The notes under the pieces: generated by a model | What the model was told of the DNA's origin: nothing | Databases searched by the model: none | Seen by the model: the letters and a program-made list of their open reading frames with translations, nothing else | Shown: one piece after another, positions 62,612 to 64,000 of the stretch | Position numbering within the stretch: position 1 is the stretch's first letter | Layout of the letters: each line of letters opens with the position of its first letter | DNA from: Candidatus Latescibacterota bacterium | GTDB taxonomy: Bacteria; Latescibacterota; UBA2968; UBA8231 | DNA: 64,000 nt | Direction: 5' to 3' | Assembly: GCA_965217585.1 (NCBI GenBank) | Contig: OZ244561.1 | Coordinates: 352,001-416,000 of the forward strand | Translations under genes and position numbers: made by a program

Positions 62612-64000
62612 ATGAGGGGTGTCGTTTTACTGGTCCTGCTTGTCGGGTGCGACTCCAAGCTCGAAGAAGGCGCTGATTCGCCAGACCATAGCGGTGTAGA
62701 AAGCCAGACGCAGTCCATCCTAGCCAAAGAACCCGCGATTCAATTTGCCGACGTAAGTGCGGAGAGCGGTCTGGATTTTATCAATGTCTCGGGGAGTGCG
62801 GCACAAGACTACGTCCTCGAGTCCATGTCGGCCGGAGCCGCTTTCCTCGACTACGACGGGGACGGATACCAAGATCTCTTCGTCGTCAATGGCACTCGGC
62901 TGCGGGAGTCTGCTCCAGGAGCGAGAAACAGACTCTTCCACAATGAGTTGGGCACGGGAGCCAACGGCAACCGGACGCGGATATTTCGCCAAGTGGAGGC
63001 CGATCTAGGAGCTGGTGGTTGGGGTATGGGTTGCGCTGCGGGCGACTACGACAACGACGGCGATGTGGATCTGTACGCGACCTATTGGGGCCCCAACCAG
63101 CTCTACCGCAACGACGGCGACGGACGCTTTACCGAGGGGGCGGCAAAGGCTGGCGTGGCCGATGCGCGCTGGGGTTCCAGTGCGGCTTTCGGAGATCTGG
63201 ACGGGGATGGATTGCTGGATCTATACGTGGCCAACTACCTCGAATTCGACTTGCGCAGACCCCCCGGAGGCGGTGGAAAGTGCCTGTACAAAGGGCTCTA
63301 CGTCTTCTGTGGTCCCGGGTATGCGCCCCGCCAAGCGGATCGGCTCTACCGCAATAAGGGCGATGGGAGCTTTGCGGATGTGAGCGCCGCCACCGGCGTA
63401 AGCGCCCGCTCCCTGCCGGCGCTAGGAGTGATCTTCGGCGACTTGGATGAGGACGGGGATCTGGACATCTACGTGGCCAATGACGGGGAGCCGAACCTGC
63501 TTTTTCGCAACGATGGCGACTGGCGCTTGGCCGAAATTGCCACTCGGGCCGGCGTGGCCTACAGCAAGGACGGGGTGGCCCAAGCCAGCATGGGCGTACA
63601 CAGCGGCGACTTTGACAACGACGGGGATCTGGACTTGTTCGCGACCAATTTCTCCGAAGAACTCAATACCCTCTATCGGAACGAAGGGGGCGGGCTATTC
63701 CGCGACGCCACCATCGAGGTCGGCCTAGGCGGGGTCGCGCGGCCCCTTCTGGGTTGGAGCACGGCTTTTGTCGATTTTGACAAGGATGGCTGGCTGGATC
63801 TATTCGTAGCCAATGGCCACCTCTATCCGCAATTGGACCGGCATTTTTTAGGGTTTTTCTATGCCCAGCGCAATTTGCTCTACCACAACCAACGAGACCG
63901 GTTTGTCGAGGTCGGGGAAAAGAGCGGTGCGGGCTGGAGAATTGAAAAAGTTAGCCGGGCCGCGGCCTTAAGCGACTTTGACAACGACGGGGACGTCGAC
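62612..64000 (+). CDS. CRTAC1/FG-GAP repeat (ASPIC/UnbV-type) lipoprotein, 3'-truncated by the window edge
   Basis: Not in the ORF track because it has no stop. MRGVVLLVLLVGC lipobox, F.DVSAESGLDF, repeated DYDGDG..DL, GDYDNDGDVDLY and GDFDNDGDLDLF. Confidence 0.88.
   Translation, partial: MRGVVLLVLLVGCDSKLEEGADSPDHSGVESQTQSILAKEPAIQFADVSAESGLDFINVSGSAAQDYVLESMSAGAAFLDYDGDGYQDLFVVNGTRLRESAPGARNRLFHNELGTGANGNRTRIFRQVEADLGAGGWGMGCAAGDYDNDGDVDLYATYWGPNQLYRNDGDGRFTEGAAKAGVADARWGSSAAFGDLDGDGLLDLYVANYLEFDLRRPPGGGGKCLYKGLYVFCGPGYAPRQADRLYRNKGDGSFADVSAATGVSARSLPALGVIFGDLDEDGDLDIYVANDGEPNLLFRNDGDWRLAEIATRAGVAYSKDGVAQASMGVHSGDFDNDGDLDLFATNFSEELNTLYRNEGGGLFRDATIEVGLGGVARPLLGWSTAFVDFDKDGWLDLFVANGHLYPQLDRHFLGFFYAQRNLLYHNQRDRFVEVGEKSGAGWRIEKVSRAAALSDFDNDGDVD

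Overview
GC-rich bacterial window with about 45 protein-coding genes. I saw no rRNA, tRNA, CRISPR array, integrase or transposase. The gene content includes PhyH dioxygenase, three Gfo/Idh/MocA oxidoreductases, an LLM monooxygenase, Kelch, TPR and FG-GAP proteins, FlgD/CHU_C-like C-terminal domains and TTWGRIK tails. This mix resembles uncultured Latescibacterota/Poribacteria-like (sponge or marine) bacteria, which is an inference only. The main feature is an envelope system of unknown function present as two parallel loci, about 14.9-30.3 kb and 41.7-64 kb. Each locus combines: (i) secreted discoidin-like proteins with a conserved stalk and a TPNGDGxND C-terminal domain (8 in total, 4 subtypes); (ii) ~900-aa Asp/Asn-rich putative outer-membrane beta-barrel proteins (3 in total); (iii) one secreted protein ending in TAVExTTWGRIK; (iv) a DUF6785-like polytopic membrane protein converging on the 3' end of the array; and (v) an UnbU-like or UnbV/ASPIC-like gene. 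The rest of the window holds catabolic enzymes (several with altered active sites), two possible defence-type ATPases, a Bor-like lipoprotein, an S9/S8 protease pair, MITE-like and deletion scars, an 18-bp tandem repeat, and candidate structured RNAs and operators. All family calls come from motif recognition by eye, not database searches.
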